A DNA stretch of 64,000 nucleotides, taken from assembly GCA_963796685.1 (NCBI GenBank), contig CAWCMR010000025.1:1088001-1152000 (forward strand), given 5' to 3'. The notes beneath the pieces were generated by a model that was not told the DNA's origin, did not search any database, and worked only from the letters and a program-made list of their open reading frames with translations. Each line of letters opens with the position of its first letter. Position 1 is the first letter of the stretch. The translations under genes and the position numbers were made by a program. This DNA comes from an uncultured delta proteobacterium (GTDB lineage Bacteria; Myxococcota_A; Polyangia; Fen-1088). This document shows, piece after piece, positions 40,074 to 52,550 of the stretch.

Positions 40074-41342
40074 TTACTTGGCACGCAGCAGAACCGAGCG
40101 GGCGTGCCCGGACAAACCCTCCACCTCCGCCAGACAGGCAACGGCCTCGGCCTGCCTGCGCACGGCAGCCGCATCGTATTCGATGAACGAGGTGCGCTTG
40201 AGAAAATCGCCTACCCCGAGCGGTGACGAGAAGCGCGCGCTGCCACTGGTGGGCAGCACGTGGCTCGGGCCCGCGAAATAGTCGCCCAGCGCCTCGCACG
40301 CGTCGTGACCGACGAACACGGCCCCGGCCGCGGTGACCTTGTCCGCCCAGGCACGCGCATCGGCGAGGGCGATCCCGGCGTGCTCGGGGGCGAGCTGATT
40401 GACGATGGCGATGGCGGTCGCGGCGTCGCCGACGACAATCGCCACGCCCTGGCCGGCGACGGCCTTCGCGGCGATGGCTTGGCGCGGAAGCTCGGCGAGT
40501 TGGCGATCGACCTCTTGGGCCACGCGGTCGGCCACGTCCTTGCCGACCGCGACCAGAATGGGCACGGCCAGGGCATCGTGCTCGGCCTGGGCGAGCAGAT
40601 CGGCGGCCACCCACGCCGGGTTGGCCGTCCCGTCGGCGGCGATCACGACCTCGGTCGGTCCGGCGATCATTTCGATGCCGACGTCGCCGAACACCAGGCG
40701 CTTGGCTGCGGCGACGTAGGCGTTGCCAGGTCCCACGATCTTGTCCACGCGGGGAATGCTCTCGGTGCCGTAGGCCAAGGCGGCGATGGCCTGCGCGCCG
40801 CCGACCAGAAAGATCCGATCCACGCCGGCTTCGAGCGCGGCGGCCAGGGTTTCGGGCGAGGGCCCGGGGGTGGTCATGAAGACCTCGCGCACCCCGGCCA
40901 CCTTGGCGGGCACCGCGGTCATGAGCACGGTGGAAGGATAGAGCGCGGTTCCACCGGGCACGTAGATGCCGACCCGAGCAAGCGGCGAGTACCGGCAATT
41001 CAGCCTGACCCCGGCCTCGACGGTCTGGTACGACTGGTAACGCTCGTGCTCGTGGTACCGGCGAATGCGCCCGGCGGCCTCGGCCAGGGCCGCGCGCACG
41101 GGCGCCGACGCCCGCGCCGCCTGGGACTGCCAATCGGCGCGCGACAGCTCAATGGCGGTAAGCGCGCGCGACTCGAACTTCTGGGTGAGCTCGCGCAGGG
41201 CCACATCGCCGCGCGCGCGCACCTCGGCCACGATGGCGCGCGCACCGGTTTCGATGGACTCTGGCAACGCCGCTGAACGCTCGGCCAGGGCTTTCAGCCG
41301 GGACTGAAAGTCCGGCTCGCCCTCGATGATGGTGCGCAACAT
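40074..41342 (-). CDS. hisD: Histidinol dehydrogenase
   Basis: GIYVPGG, KIVGPGNAYV, DLLAQAEHD and GPSHVLPT motifs; ATG 41342. Confidence 0.96.
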   Translation of the reverse strand: MLRTIIEGEPDFQSRLKALAERSAALPESIETGARAIVAEVRARGDVALRELTQKFESRALTAIELSRADWQSQAARASAPVRAALAEAAGRIRRYHEHERYQSYQTVEAGVRLNCRYSPLARVGIYVPGGTALYPSTVLMTAVPAKVAGVREVFMTTPGPSPETLAAALEAGVDRIFLVGGAQAIAALAYGTESIPRVDKIVGPGNAYVAAAKRLVFGDVGIEMIAGPTEVVIAADGTANPAWVAADLLAQAEHDALAVPILVAVGKDVADRVAQEVDRQLAELPRQAIAAKAVAGQGVAIVVGDAATAIAIVNQLAPEHAGIALADARAWADKVTAAGAVFVGHDACEALGDYFAGPSHVLPTSGSARFSSPLGVGDFLKRTSFIEYDAAAVRRQAEAVACLAEVEGLSGHARSVLLRAK

Positions 41343-41434
41343 GCGAGTGACACTACCGCTCGAGCGCCGGGCGCGCCAGCCGGGCCACAGGCCGGGCACA
41401 CGGACGCACGGCGAAGGGCCCGATGGGAAAGGTT

Positions 41435-41782
41435 CTATTTCTTGCCGGACTTGGCGGCCTTGCGCTGGGCGCGGTATTCCTTGATCTTCGACTTGGGCAT
41501 GTCCTTGTGCTTCGCACAGACCATTCCGAAGACCGGAGCCGCGACGCCCGTGCAACCGGGCACCGGACAGAGCTGCCTGGGGCGGCGCTTGATGGGGGCG
41601 GCAACCGCGGGCGCGGAAGCAACCACGGCGCGAGTCGCACGGCCGCGACGGCCCGCGGGCGAGGCAGCGCCCGTGAAGGCAGCGGTAACGGCCTGCTGAA
41701 CGCGGCGGACGCTGTCGGCCTCGATCGCGGCCACAATCTGATTCACGAATCCTTCAACCAATGAACGAATGTTTGATTCCAT
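41435..41782 (-). CDS. Small basic protein with a C-x4-C...C-x2-H motif
   Basis: 115 aa: N-terminal helix, Ala/Arg linker, CPVPGC...CAKH, Lys-rich tail. Confidence 0.8.
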   Translation of the reverse strand: MESNIRSLVEGFVNQIVAAIEADSVRRVQQAVTAAFTGAASPAGRRGRATRAVVASAPAVAAPIKRRPRQLCPVPGCTGVAAPVFGMVCAKHKDMPKSKIKEYRAQRKAAKSGKK

Positions 41783-41957
41783 TTGACTGTTCTCTGTTGG
41801 AAATGGCGGCCAATGATGCCCCGATATCGGCAAAAGTAAAGTACCTTTTTCCACCTCGACTTGATTATTGAAGCTATTGACCGGCGAGCCCGCAATAGCA
41901 GTGCCCCTCTGAATGCACTTGACCCAATTTCCGTCTCGCGCAAATGATGGACGCGTC

Positions 41958-43954
41958 ATGGCGAAGCGGGTGCGCTCGAAAGCGGGTGGCATTGTCTCCT
42001 CGTTGTTCTCCGGAGACACGCGGGCTTTCTTCTCACGCTATTCCGATCTCGGACTGGCGGCCCTCGTTGTGCTGATCGTGGGCATGATGATCGTGCCCCT
42101 GCCGAATTTTCTGCTCGACCTTCTCATTTCACTGAATATAGGTGTTGGGGTCATTCTGCTGCTGGTCGCAATCTATGTGGGCGACGCACTGAAGATTGCG
42201 ACCTTTCCGAGTCTTTTGCTGCTGACCACCTTGTTCCGACTTGCCATCGAAGTATCGGCCACGCGCCTGATCCTACTCAAAGCCAATGCCGGCCAAGTCA
42301 TTCATGCCTTCGGCAGCTTCGTGGTGTCGGGCAATCTCGTCGTCGGTGTTGTCGTGTTTCTCATTCTCACGACGATTCAGTTCATCGTGATTGCGAAAGG
42401 CGCGGAACGTGTGGCAGAGGTCGGGGCGCGTTTCACCTTGGACGCCATGCCGGGTAAGCAACTGTCCATCGACGCCGAATTGCGCACCGGCCACATCGAT
42501 ACCGGCGAGGCGCGCCGACGACGCGCATTGCTGACCCGCGAATCGCAATTCTTCGGCGCCATGGACGGGGCCATGAAGTTCGTCAAGGGCGATGCCATTG
42601 CGGGCATCGTCGTGCTCGTCACCAACATCGTCGGCGGCCTGGCCATCGGGGTGCTGATGAAGGGCATGAACTTGTTCGCGGCTTTGCATACGTACACCCT
42701 ACTGACCATCGGCGAAGGTCTGGTGGCACAAATTCCCGCCCTGGTCATTTCCACTGCAGCCGGCATTCTCGTCACGCGCGTCTCCTCCGAAGAAGAAGGC
42801 GGCCATCTCGGCGGCGATATCGGCCGCCAGATTCTCGCCCAGCCCAAGGCACTTGCGGCATCCGCGACGCTGCTCTTCGGTTTGGCATTGGTTCCGGGTC
42901 TTCCCGCGGTGCCATTTCTCGTGCTCGGGGTGCTGCTCGGCTCGCTCGCCTACCGATTGATGAGAACCCGGCCCGCGCGCTCGGAAGCTCGCCGCCCTGG
43001 TCGGGGTGCAGAACGACCCGGGCAAGGCCGAACAGTCGCCGCGTGTTGCTTCGCCATTGCTGGTCCCTATTGCCATCGATCTTTCCGCGGAGCTTTCCCG
43101 GTCGATACTGCGACAACAAGCATCCGGATTGATGTCCGGACGGTTGGTGTCCTTGCGCGAGACCTTCTTCGCGGAAACCGGGATTTCCCTGCCAACCATC
43201 TGCGTGCGCGAAAACGCCGACGTTCTTGCGCCGGATGCCTACGTCATCCGGCTGCACGAGATCCCCACCGCGCACGGACGTGCACTGGCCGATGGGGGGA
43301 CGCTGCAAGCATCGTCACCCGCCCCCGACGAGATCATCGCCCAGCACTTGCTGCGGATTCTGCGCCGGCACGGCCACTTGTTCGTCGGGATTCAGGAAAC
43401 CCAGGCCTTGCTCGAAGGCTTGCAAGGCACGCACCCCCATCTCGTTCGCGAGGTCGTTCCCAAACTGATCAGCCCCGTCTTGCTGGCCGATGTGCTGCAA
43501 CGCCTGGCCAGGGAAGGAATCTCCTTACGCAACCTGAGCGAAATCCTGGGCGCGCTTGCCCTGAGCACGAACGACGGCCGCGACGCCGCCTCGCTCGCCG
43601 AGGTGGCTCGCGGCGCCCTGTGCCGGCAGATTACTTTCAAGCACAGCCGTTCCGATGGCAGCGTGGCTGTCTTCTACCTCGATTCCATGATCGAAGAGAC
43701 CCTGCGCGAGGCGATTCGCAAAAGCGGCACCGCAGCTCGCCTGGCCCTCGAGCCGGAAGCTCGCGGGCGACATCGTTTGCGCCGTGAAACGTGCCGTGAC
43801 GGCGGTGGCCGCGCCGGTCATCCTGACCACGGGCGACATTCGCCGCCACGTGCGTGAGCTGATCGAATCGGAGCAGCCGGAAGTCGCCGTGCTCGCCTAT
43901 CAGGAGCTGACGCCCGAGACGAAGCTGCAAGAGCTCGGCCGCATCTCGGTCTGA
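41958..43954 (+). CDS. sctV: FHIPEP-family type III export gate protein (SctV/FlhA), +1 frameshifts near 42985 and 43757
   Basis: KGAERVAEVGARFTLDAMPGKQLSIDAE and FFGAMDGAMKFVKGDAIAG; the repaired frame ends AVLAYQELTPE...GRISV; about 664 aa. Confidence 0.88.
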
Positions 43955-43964
43955 AACAAGACCC

Positions 43965-45269
43965 TCAATCGACCGGGAGATCTTTGTGGATGTAGTGCCG
44001 ACCGTCGGGACCGTAGTCGGTCGTGCACTGTCCGTGTCCGTACAATAGCCAACGGTAGGTGAGCAACCCCTCGACCCCCACCGGACCGCGGGCGTGCAGC
44101 TTGTCGGTGCTGATACCGACCTCGGCGCCCAGTCCGAAACGATAGCCGTCGGAAAAGCGCGTACTGGCGTTGTGGAACACGCACGCGGAATCCACCTCGT
44201 CGAGAAAGCGGGCTGCCGCCACGGCATCCTGGGCCAGGATGGTGTCGGTGTGGCGCGAGCCGTGCTCGGCAATGTGGGCCAGGGCTTCGTCGATGCCGGC
44301 CACCTGCCGGATCGATAGCACCAGGTCGCCGTACTCGGTGTCCCAGTCTTCGTCGCTGGCCGGTTTCAATTGCGGGTGGCGTTTGCGGGTCTCGGCGCAG
44401 CCGCGCAGCTCGACCTTGCATTCTTGCAGAGCTTTCACGCAAGCGTCCAGGGCCTCGCCCGCGCCACTGTCCCAAAGCAGGGTTTCGACCGCGTTGCACG
44501 CGGCTGGATAGCTGCACTTGGAATCGACCAGAACCCTTGCCGAGATGGCCGGATCCGCCGAGACGTGCAAGTAGGCGTGGCAAATGCCGTCGGCGTGGGC
44601 CATCACCGGAATCCGCGTGTGGCTGCGCACGTGGCGAATGAACTGCGACGAGCCGCGCGCGATGACCATCTCGACCACGTCGTGCATGCCGAGCAGGCTG
44701 TCCACCTCGGCCCGATCCTCGAGCAGCACCATGGCGGTCGGATCGATGTCGTGCTTGCGCAGCACCTGATGCGCCACGGCGGTCAGCGCGCGATTGCTTT
44801 GGACCGCTTCGCGTCCGCCCTTGAGCGCCACCGCGTTGCCGCTCTTCCAGGCGAGACTGGTGATCTGCACCAAGGCATCGGGGCGCGCCTCGAACACCAC
44901 GCCCAACACGCCCAGCGGCGCGCTGGTGCGCTTGAGGATGAGACCGTGGTCGAGAATGCGGTGACTCAGCGTGCGCCCGACCAGCTCGGGCATGGCCGCG
45001 AGCTGCCTGATGCCGTCGATGGTGGTGACCAGCTTCTTTTCGTCGAGCGACAGGCGCTTCACCAAGGCGCCATGAAGCCGGCCGGCCTTTTCTTCCTCGC
45101 GGGCCACCGCGGTGTCCGCGGCGTTGGCGGCGAGAATCGCTTGCTGGGCCTGGGGGTCGGACAAGGCCGCGGCGAAATCCGAAAGCAGGGCACTGCGCTC
45201 GGGTCCGGAAAGCAGCGCCAACCGCCGAGCCGCGACGCGCGCCGCCTGAAGAGTTTCGCGAAGGTTCAT
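43965..45269 (-). CDS. proA: Gamma-glutamyl phosphate reductase
   Basis: [24 protein letters not shown] and NASTRFSDG...KLHARGPVG motifs. Confidence 0.96.
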   Translation of the reverse strand: MNLRETLQAARVAARRLALLSGPERSALLSDFAAALSDPQAQQAILAANAADTAVAREEEKAGRLHGALVKRLSLDEKKLVTTIDGIRQLAAMPELVGRTLSHRILDHGLILKRTSAPLGVLGVVFEARPDALVQITSLAWKSGNAVALKGGREAVQSNRALTAVAHQVLRKHDIDPTAMVLLEDRAEVDSLLGMHDVVEMVIARGSSQFIRHVRSHTRIPVMAHADGICHAYLHVSADPAISARVLVDSKCSYPAACNAVETLLWDSGAGEALDACVKALQECKVELRGCAETRKRHPQLKPASDEDWDTEYGDLVLSIRQVAGIDEALAHIAEHGSRHTDTILAQDAVAAARFLDEVDSACVFHNASTRFSDGYRFGLGAEVGISTDKLHARGPVGVEGLLTYRWLLYGHGQCTTDYGPDGRHYIHKDLPVD

Positions 45270-45388
45270 GGCGGAATTGTACCCCATCGGCGCACGTGCC
45301 GGATCCTGTTGGGGCGGGTTTCGAACCTGCCCCTACGATTCCTCATTCTGCCCTGCCGAGACCCGAGAAATCGGCTAACGTCTGGCCT

Positions 45389-46948
<1,560 letters not shown>

Positions 46949-47035
46949 CGCACATCGAAAGAGGCCTGTTGGGGTGAGGGGCTTGGCATCGGGGGATCTC
47001 CGGCTGGACGACTGTGGTATCGTGACCTTCGTACC

Positions 47036-48298
47036 GTGATTGGAACCCGCACGCCCATCGCATTGTTGGCCGGTTTCTGGTTGCTCATGCCGGCCCTGAC
47101 GGCAGACGCCGCCGAGGTCACGCGGGTGCTCACGGCACGCAGCTTGAAGGACTTCGATGTCGACGTCTCGGTCGACTGGCAGCACGACAGCAGCAGGGCG
47201 TCCATCAAGCGCGAGCTCGTCCAAGCGACAGGGACCTCCGTGGTCAACGATATCATTCATCACGAGACCCGAGACTCGATGCAGCTGCGTGCCGAAGCCG
47301 GCGTCTTCCGCGACCTCAGCTTCGTCCTCACGGGCTCGTTCGTGCTCGCCGATCAGCGCGGCCTCGACTTCGACCGCAGCGATTGCGCGGCCGCACCCTG
47401 TCTCGAAACCCTGCTTCGCGACGGCTTTCTGCCAGGCACCCAAAACACGACCTGGGGTCTCGACGCCGAGCACGGCGGCGCCGCCTTCGCGCCTCCATCC
47501 GGGCAGGTCTTCCGCGGTCCGGATCGCAGCGGTTTCGAGTACCTCGGTCTGGGACTGCGCTGGGCCGCCATGAACCAGGCCCGCGATCCGACCAAGCCCA
47601 CGTGGATCGTGGGCCTCGAAACGCGGCTATCGGTGGCCGACGACCAGCGGTTCGATCCCGGCAAGCCCACCGCCAACCGCAGCGTGGGCCTCGGCTACCA
47701 CCAGTTCATCGTGACCACCATGTTTTCGCGCAAGCTCGGCAATGTCGAGCCCTACATGGGCGGCTTCTTCATGCAGCCTGCGCTGACCTCGACCAGCGTG
47801 TACAAGAACCTGGGCACCGGTTCCTTCGCAGAGCCGCAGCGCCGGACGGGTGGCGAGCTCGGCATCGAAGGCACGGTTTGGGAGGATCCCGCGCTGCACG
47901 CGCGCATCGCCCTGGAGGCCTCCGGGCGCTTCGAGTACCGCTTCGAGGGCCTGGCGCAGAGCGAGCTGTGGGAGGTTCTCTCGGGCGACTCGCGCTGCGC
48001 GACCGACACCAGCCATTGCCGGCCCGGCATCGACGTGGACAGCCAGGGCCATCTCGCGCCCAACCCGGGCGTCGTGCGCAGCCCGGCCTACGGCCTGGTC
48101 GCCGGCAACGCAGGACTTTCGGCGCACATCGGCCGCCACGCTCGCCTGCGCTCCCTATTCGGCATGTCCTTCGAAGAGGCCCACTTCCTTACCGACGCCA
48201 CCTCGGGCAACAGCGTCTACGACATCCCCGGCCGCCGTTTTCGCGTCGAGGGTCAGTACGCCTGGCACATCCTGATGGACGCCGCGGCTACCTTCTGA
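47036..48298 (+). CDS. Putative outer-membrane protein
   Basis: Signal peptide, beta-strand pattern, terminal Phe. Confidence 0.65.
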   Translation: MIGTRTPIALLAGFWLLMPALTADAAEVTRVLTARSLKDFDVDVSVDWQHDSSRASIKRELVQATGTSVVNDIIHHETRDSMQLRAEAGVFRDLSFVLTGSFVLADQRGLDFDRSDCAAAPCLETLLRDGFLPGTQNTTWGLDAEHGGAAFAPPSGQVFRGPDRSGFEYLGLGLRWAAMNQARDPTKPTWIVGLETRLSVADDQRFDPGKPTANRSVGLGYHQFIVTTMFSRKLGNVEPYMGGFFMQPALTSTSVYKNLGTGSFAEPQRRTGGELGIEGTVWEDPALHARIALEASGRFEYRFEGLAQSELWEVLSGDSRCATDTSHCRPGIDVDSQGHLAPNPGVVRSPAYGLVAGNAGLSAHIGRHARLRSLFGMSFEEAHFLTDATSGNSVYDIPGRRFRVEGQYAWHILMDAAATF

Positions 48299-49157
48299 CG
48301 GCCAGCACGACCTGGTAGATGTCGCGGCGGGACCGCTTGCTCTCGCTGGCCAAGGCATCGGCCACGTCCCGCGCGGACATGCCCGTGGCCAGCAGCGTCC
48401 GAGCGCGCTCGACGAGAGCGTCCTCGTCTTCCTCACCCTCCGGTGCCCCCTCGCTGGCGCCGCCCACCACCAAGGTGATTTCGCCGAGCGGTCGCGTGGA
48501 GGCGTAGCGCTCGGCCAATTCACCGAGGGTGCCGCGCACCAGCTCTTCGTGGGTCTTGGTCAGCTCGCGGGCCAGGCACGCCGGGCGCGACGGGCCCAGC
48601 ACGGCGGACAGCTCGGCCAGGGTTGGCCCGACTCGATGCGGAGATTCGTAGAAGATCAACGTCGCGCCAAGCTGGCCCAGGCGCGTAAAGAGAAGGCGGC
48701 GCGCGCCCGTCTTGCGCGGCGGAAAACCCGCGAAATAGAAATTCGCCGTGGGGAGTCCCGAGGCGACCAGCGCGGCCAGCAGCGCCGACGGCCCCGGGAT
48801 GGGCACGACCTGCGCGCCCAGGGCGACGGCGGCCCGGACCACGCGATACCCCGGATCCGACACCGCGGGGGTTCCCGCCTCGGAAAGCAGCGCCACGCTC
48901 TGACCCGCGCGCAAGAAGGCGCATGCCTCCTGCGCACGCTCGGGCTCGTTGGCGTCGAAACAGGATTGCGTGCGGCGGTCGATGCCGTGCGAGGACAAGA
49001 GCTTGCGCGCCGAGCGCGTGTCCTCGGCCAGCACAACGTCCACCCGGCGCAAGGTTTCAATCGCACGAGGCGAGAAATCATCGGGGTTGCCGATGGACGA
49101 TGCGACAACGTAGAGCGTGCCGAGTAAACCCACGAGGCAGTGGATCGCACGGATCAT
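48288..49157 (-). CDS. rsmI: 16S rRNA C1402 2'-O-methyltransferase
   Basis: AEDTR, SEAGTPAVSDPG, FYESPHR and ARELTKTHEE motifs. Confidence 0.95.
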   Translation of the reverse strand: MIRAIHCLVGLLGTLYVVASSIGNPDDFSPRAIETLRRVDVVLAEDTRSARKLLSSHGIDRRTQSCFDANEPERAQEACAFLRAGQSVALLSEAGTPAVSDPGYRVVRAAVALGAQVVPIPGPSALLAALVASGLPTANFYFAGFPPRKTGARRLLFTRLGQLGATLIFYESPHRVGPTLAELSAVLGPSRPACLARELTKTHEELVRGTLGELAERYASTRPLGEITLVVGGASEGAPEGEEDEDALVERARTLLATGMSARDVADALASESKRSRRDIYQVVLAVRR

Positions 49158-49186
49158 GCCCTGCCCGCAAGTGTGGATCTAAGTAA

Positions 49187-49680
49187 GAACCCTGGGAGGG
49201 CCCTCCCAGGGTTCCCATCATCCGCGTTCGCGGAGGCCGGCTTTGCCGGCCGCAGCCAGAGCGCGCGAGGGTTTGGGAACCCTCCCAGGGTTCCCATCAT
49301 CCGCGTTGGCGGAGGCCGGCTTTGCCGGCCGTAGCCAGAGCGCGCGAGGCCGAGCGCAGCGAGCGGGGTGGCGGGTGGCGGGTAGGGGCCGAGGGTTTGG
49401 GAACCCTTTGAGGGTTCCCATCACATCAAACGCGTTGGCGGAGGCCGGCTTTGCCGGCCGTAGCCAGAGCGCGCGAGGCCGAGCGCAGCGAGCGGGGTGG
49501 CGGGTGGCGGGTAGGGGCCGAGGGTTTGGGAACCCTTTGAGGGTTCCCATCACATCAAACGCGTTGGCGGAGGCCGGCTTTGCCGGCCGTAGCCAGAGCG
49601 CGCGAGGCCGAGCGCAGCGAGCGGGGTGGCGGGTGGCGGGTAGGGGCCGAGGGTTTGGGAACCCTTTGAGGGTTCCCATC
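49187..49680 (-). repeat. Tandem array of the GGGAACCCT two-hairpin element (periods 79, 124, 129, 129 bp)
   Basis: TTCCCA anchors at 49212, 49291, 49415, 49544 and 49673; long units carry a ~45-bp BoxC-like insert. Confidence 0.92.
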
Positions 49681-49681
49681 A

Positions 49682-50386
49682 CTATGTCCTGTTGACCACC
49701 AGATCCACGGGAGAGCCCTTGGGCGCCTGCTGATTGGCTGCGGGAGTCTGTTCCAAAATCAAGCCGTCCGAGTGATCCTCGTCGGAGCGCGAATGCAGGT
49801 TGCCCACTGTGAAACCGGCCTTCTGCAACTCCTCCTTGGCCTTGGACAGCGAGCGGCCGACCACGCTCGGCACCGGGATTGCGGCCACGCCCTTGGAGAC
49901 CACGAGATCGATCGCCGTGCCCACCTTGGCTTCATTGCCCTCGGGCACGCTCTGCGAGACGACGTTCCCCTCCTTCACCTCGGCGCTGTTCTCCTCGGCG
50001 ATCTTGCCCAAGGCCAGCTTGGCCATCTCGATGCGCAGTTTGGCCTCGCCCAAGGGCAGTCCTACCAGCGCCGGTGCCTTGCCCAGAGTAGGGGCCTTGG
50101 CCACGGTGACATCCACCGCCTGCCCGCGTTCGATGCGCGAGCCATCGAGTGGCCGCTGGGCGATGATGTTCCCGGCGGGCACCTTGCCATCCTCGCGTTC
50201 CGCGCCCACGACGAACATCAGCCCGCGGCTTTCGATCAGCTCGCGGGCGCTTTGGGTCGGTAACCCGAGCACCGAGGGAACTTCCACCGCCTCGCGGGAA
50301 AGCCCCGTGCGCTGAAGAACGAAGGTCGTTCCGGCGGCCACGACGGCCGCAACCACTGCGGAAACTGCCACGTCTCGAAATGCCAT
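49682..50386 (-). CDS. PASTA-domain protein (TM helix plus 3 PASTA domains)
   Basis: VPSVLG, PALVG and VPSVVG repeats; ATG 50386. Confidence 0.9.
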   Translation of the reverse strand: MAFRDVAVSAVVAAVVAAGTTFVLQRTGLSREAVEVPSVLGLPTQSARELIESRGLMFVVGAEREDGKVPAGNIIAQRPLDGSRIERGQAVDVTVAKAPTLGKAPALVGLPLGEAKLRIEMAKLALGKIAEENSAEVKEGNVVSQSVPEGNEAKVGTAIDLVVSKGVAAIPVPSVVGRSLSKAKEELQKAGFTVGNLHSRSDEDHSDGLILEQTPAANQQAPKGSPVDLVVNRT

Positions 50387-50426
50387 AGGTCTGGATGGTA
50401 GCACCCTGCGGAAAATCCGCAGCTTT

Positions 50427-51467
50427 TCAGACACCCTGGGTCGTGGGAGTGACGGGCTCGGGTGTGGTCTCGGCCTCGTAAACCGAGTCCGGGGTGAACA
50501 CGGCGCCGGCATGCTTGCCGCTGGCTGTCGCCCCCGGCCATACCACGCTGCGAGCGATCTCCGCGCCCGCGACGACGCGCCCTCCGCCGCAGACCACCGT
50601 CAGTGGCCCGACCACGGCACCGGCCTCGACGACTGCACCGGCCGCAACGCGGACCGGCCCGCGAATCTCGGCGCTCTTGTCCACCTGGGCGCCTTTGTCC
50701 ACACCCACCAGCGGCCCGGGCGCCTGTGGCAGGAAGGCCGGGTTTTGCAGAAGGTCCAGGTTTCCCGCCAGGTAGCGCTCGGGCGTCGAGTGCTCGGCGA
50801 AGTACCCGGTCATGGTGATGGTTCCGATGCGGTTTCCGGCCAGCAGCGCGGGGATGTAGGCGTCGCCGATGACGTCCGACACCCCTTCGGGCAGCCGATC
50901 GAGCAATCCCGGTTCGACGACATGAATCCCGGCGAACATGCGCGGCAACACGGGTCCGAAGGAGGTACGATCGGCGCGCTTCCCTCGAATGCTGAGCACG
51001 GCCCCGGTGGCATCCACCCCGATGGGCGCCCACAGCTCGGGATTGGGATCGGCGCGCACGACCATGGTGGCCACGGTACCAGGGGCGGCAGCGCGATGCG
51101 CAGACACCACTGCCTCGAGGTCGATATCCGCGGCGATCTTGCCATTCATGACCAGCACGGGGCCCGGCGAGAACATGTACCGTGCCTTCCACAACGCCCC
51201 GCCCGTGCCGAACAGCTCTTCCTCCGCCGAGTAGCGCAGGCGCACGCCAAAGCGCGAGCCGTCGCCCAGGGTCTGACCAATCTTGTCGCCATGGTGATGC
51301 AGGTTGATCACGATGTCGCAGAACCCTGCTCGACGGCAGAGCTCGATACCGTAAGTGATGACAGGGTATCCGCACACCGGCAAGAGTGGCTTGGGCAGCG
51401 CCAGCCCCATGAAACCGAGGCGCGTCGAACGCCCGGCAGCGAGAATCATCGCTTGCATGGTCGCCAT
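50427..51467 (-). CDS. NDP-sugar synthase (mannose-1-phosphate guanylyltransferase-like)
   Basis: AMILAAGRSTRL...PKPLLPV, GTGG and C-terminal left-handed beta-helix repeats. Confidence 0.88.
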   Translation of the reverse strand: MATMQAMILAAGRSTRLGFMGLALPKPLLPVCGYPVITYGIELCRRAGFCDIVINLHHHGDKIGQTLGDGSRFGVRLRYSAEEELFGTGGALWKARYMFSPGPVLVMNGKIAADIDLEAVVSAHRAAAPGTVATMVVRADPNPELWAPIGVDATGAVLSIRGKRADRTSFGPVLPRMFAGIHVVEPGLLDRLPEGVSDVIGDAYIPALLAGNRIGTITMTGYFAEHSTPERYLAGNLDLLQNPAFLPQAPGPLVGVDKGAQVDKSAEIRGPVRVAAGAVVEAGAVVGPLTVVCGGGRVVAGAEIARSVVWPGATASGKHAGAVFTPDSVYEAETTPEPVTPTTQGV

Positions 51468-51585
51468 TATCCCCCACTCGCCAGGCGATGAACACTTTGC
51501 CGGGCGGAATCGCCGGATGCCTGCGGCAAAAAGATCCCGAATAGCCCCGCGGCGAAAGTCCTCTTTTTGTGCGAAAATGGTCTTT

Positions 51586-52479
51586 ATGCTGGGTACCATC
51601 GGGCTGTTTCTCCGCTCCAACGACAACGACTACCAGCAGCGGCTCAAGGAGGTCGGCCTTCGCGAGGCCAAGCGGCAAGGGTTCGACATCGTCCTCGAAT
51701 CGGCGCAAAACGACCCGGCCAGGCAAGTCGAGCAGATCCGCGCGGCCATCGCCAAAGCCTCTACGACCAAGCTGGCTGCGATCTTGGTCAGCACCGTGCG
51801 CGACGAGGTTCTGCCCGATTTGGTGCGTGAGGCCGCCGAGGCTGGCATCGATTGGGCGCTGCTCAACGAAGGCACGTTCATCGATGCGATTCGCGATCAA
51901 TACCCGTCCCGCGCGATCTTCGTCATGACGCCGGACCAGCTCGAGATCGGCCGCATTCATGGCCGCCAGGTTCGTGCCTTGGTCGGCAGCACGGGCAAGG
52001 TCCTGTGCGTGACGGGCCCGCTCAGCACCGAGACGGCGCAACAGCGCCTGGATGGCCTGAAGGAGATCCTCGCTGGCGACTTCAACCTCATCGAGCTGAA
52101 CGCGGACTGGACCAGCGAACGAGCGCGCATGGTCGTCGAACGCTGGGCGGTAGACCTCGGTGCGGATACGGACCTACCGGGCATGTTCGTGGCCCATAAC
52201 GACGAAATGGCGCTGGGGGTACGCCAGGCTCTGCGCGACGTTGCTTCTCAAAAGGATCTTCCGCTGGCCACCTTGCCCATTACGGGCTGCGACGGGTCGC
52301 AGACCTTCGGGCAGCGACTGGTGCGCGAAGGCCGCATCAAGGCCACGGTCATCATGCCCCCAGCTTCGGGCGCGGCCATCGAGTGGATCGCTCGCTCACG
52401 CACGCGCGGCGAGCGCCCCCCCGTGCGCGTGGTGCAACCGGTGACCTCCTTCCCCAATGTTTCAGCCCTGAAACGCTGA
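51586..52479 (+). CDS. Periplasmic-binding-protein type I fold protein without signal peptide or HTH
   Basis: NDYQQRL, QVEQI, AHNDEMALG and ITGCDG motifs. Confidence 0.8.
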   Translation: MLGTIGLFLRSNDNDYQQRLKEVGLREAKRQGFDIVLESAQNDPARQVEQIRAAIAKASTTKLAAILVSTVRDEVLPDLVREAAEAGIDWALLNEGTFIDAIRDQYPSRAIFVMTPDQLEIGRIHGRQVRALVGSTGKVLCVTGPLSTETAQQRLDGLKEILAGDFNLIELNADWTSERARMVVERWAVDLGADTDLPGMFVAHNDEMALGVRQALRDVASQKDLPLATLPITGCDGSQTFGQRLVREGRIKATVIMPPASGAAIEWIARSRTRGERPPVRVVQPVTSFPNVSALKR

Positions 52480-52494
52480 GCTCAGCCGGGTCAT

Positions 52495-52523
52495 TTGACA
52501 TGTATCCCTCTGTGGTTTAATAT
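52495..52523 (+). promoter_or_regulatory. Putative sigma70 promoter of the PilZ gene
   Basis: TTGACA-17 nt-TAATAT; GGAG RBS before ATG 52551. Confidence 0.55.
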
Positions 52524-52550
52524 CCTACATTAAACCACCTGGAGATCGTC

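Noticed and set aside
41804-41819. Sigma54 promoter upstream of sctV
   Set aside because: GG-to-GC spacing is one base off the -24/-12 consensus
49218-49695. Repetitive peptide ORFs in repeat arrays (also 25174-25641 and 56306-56710)
   Set aside because: They are translations of DNA repeats and are open on both strands
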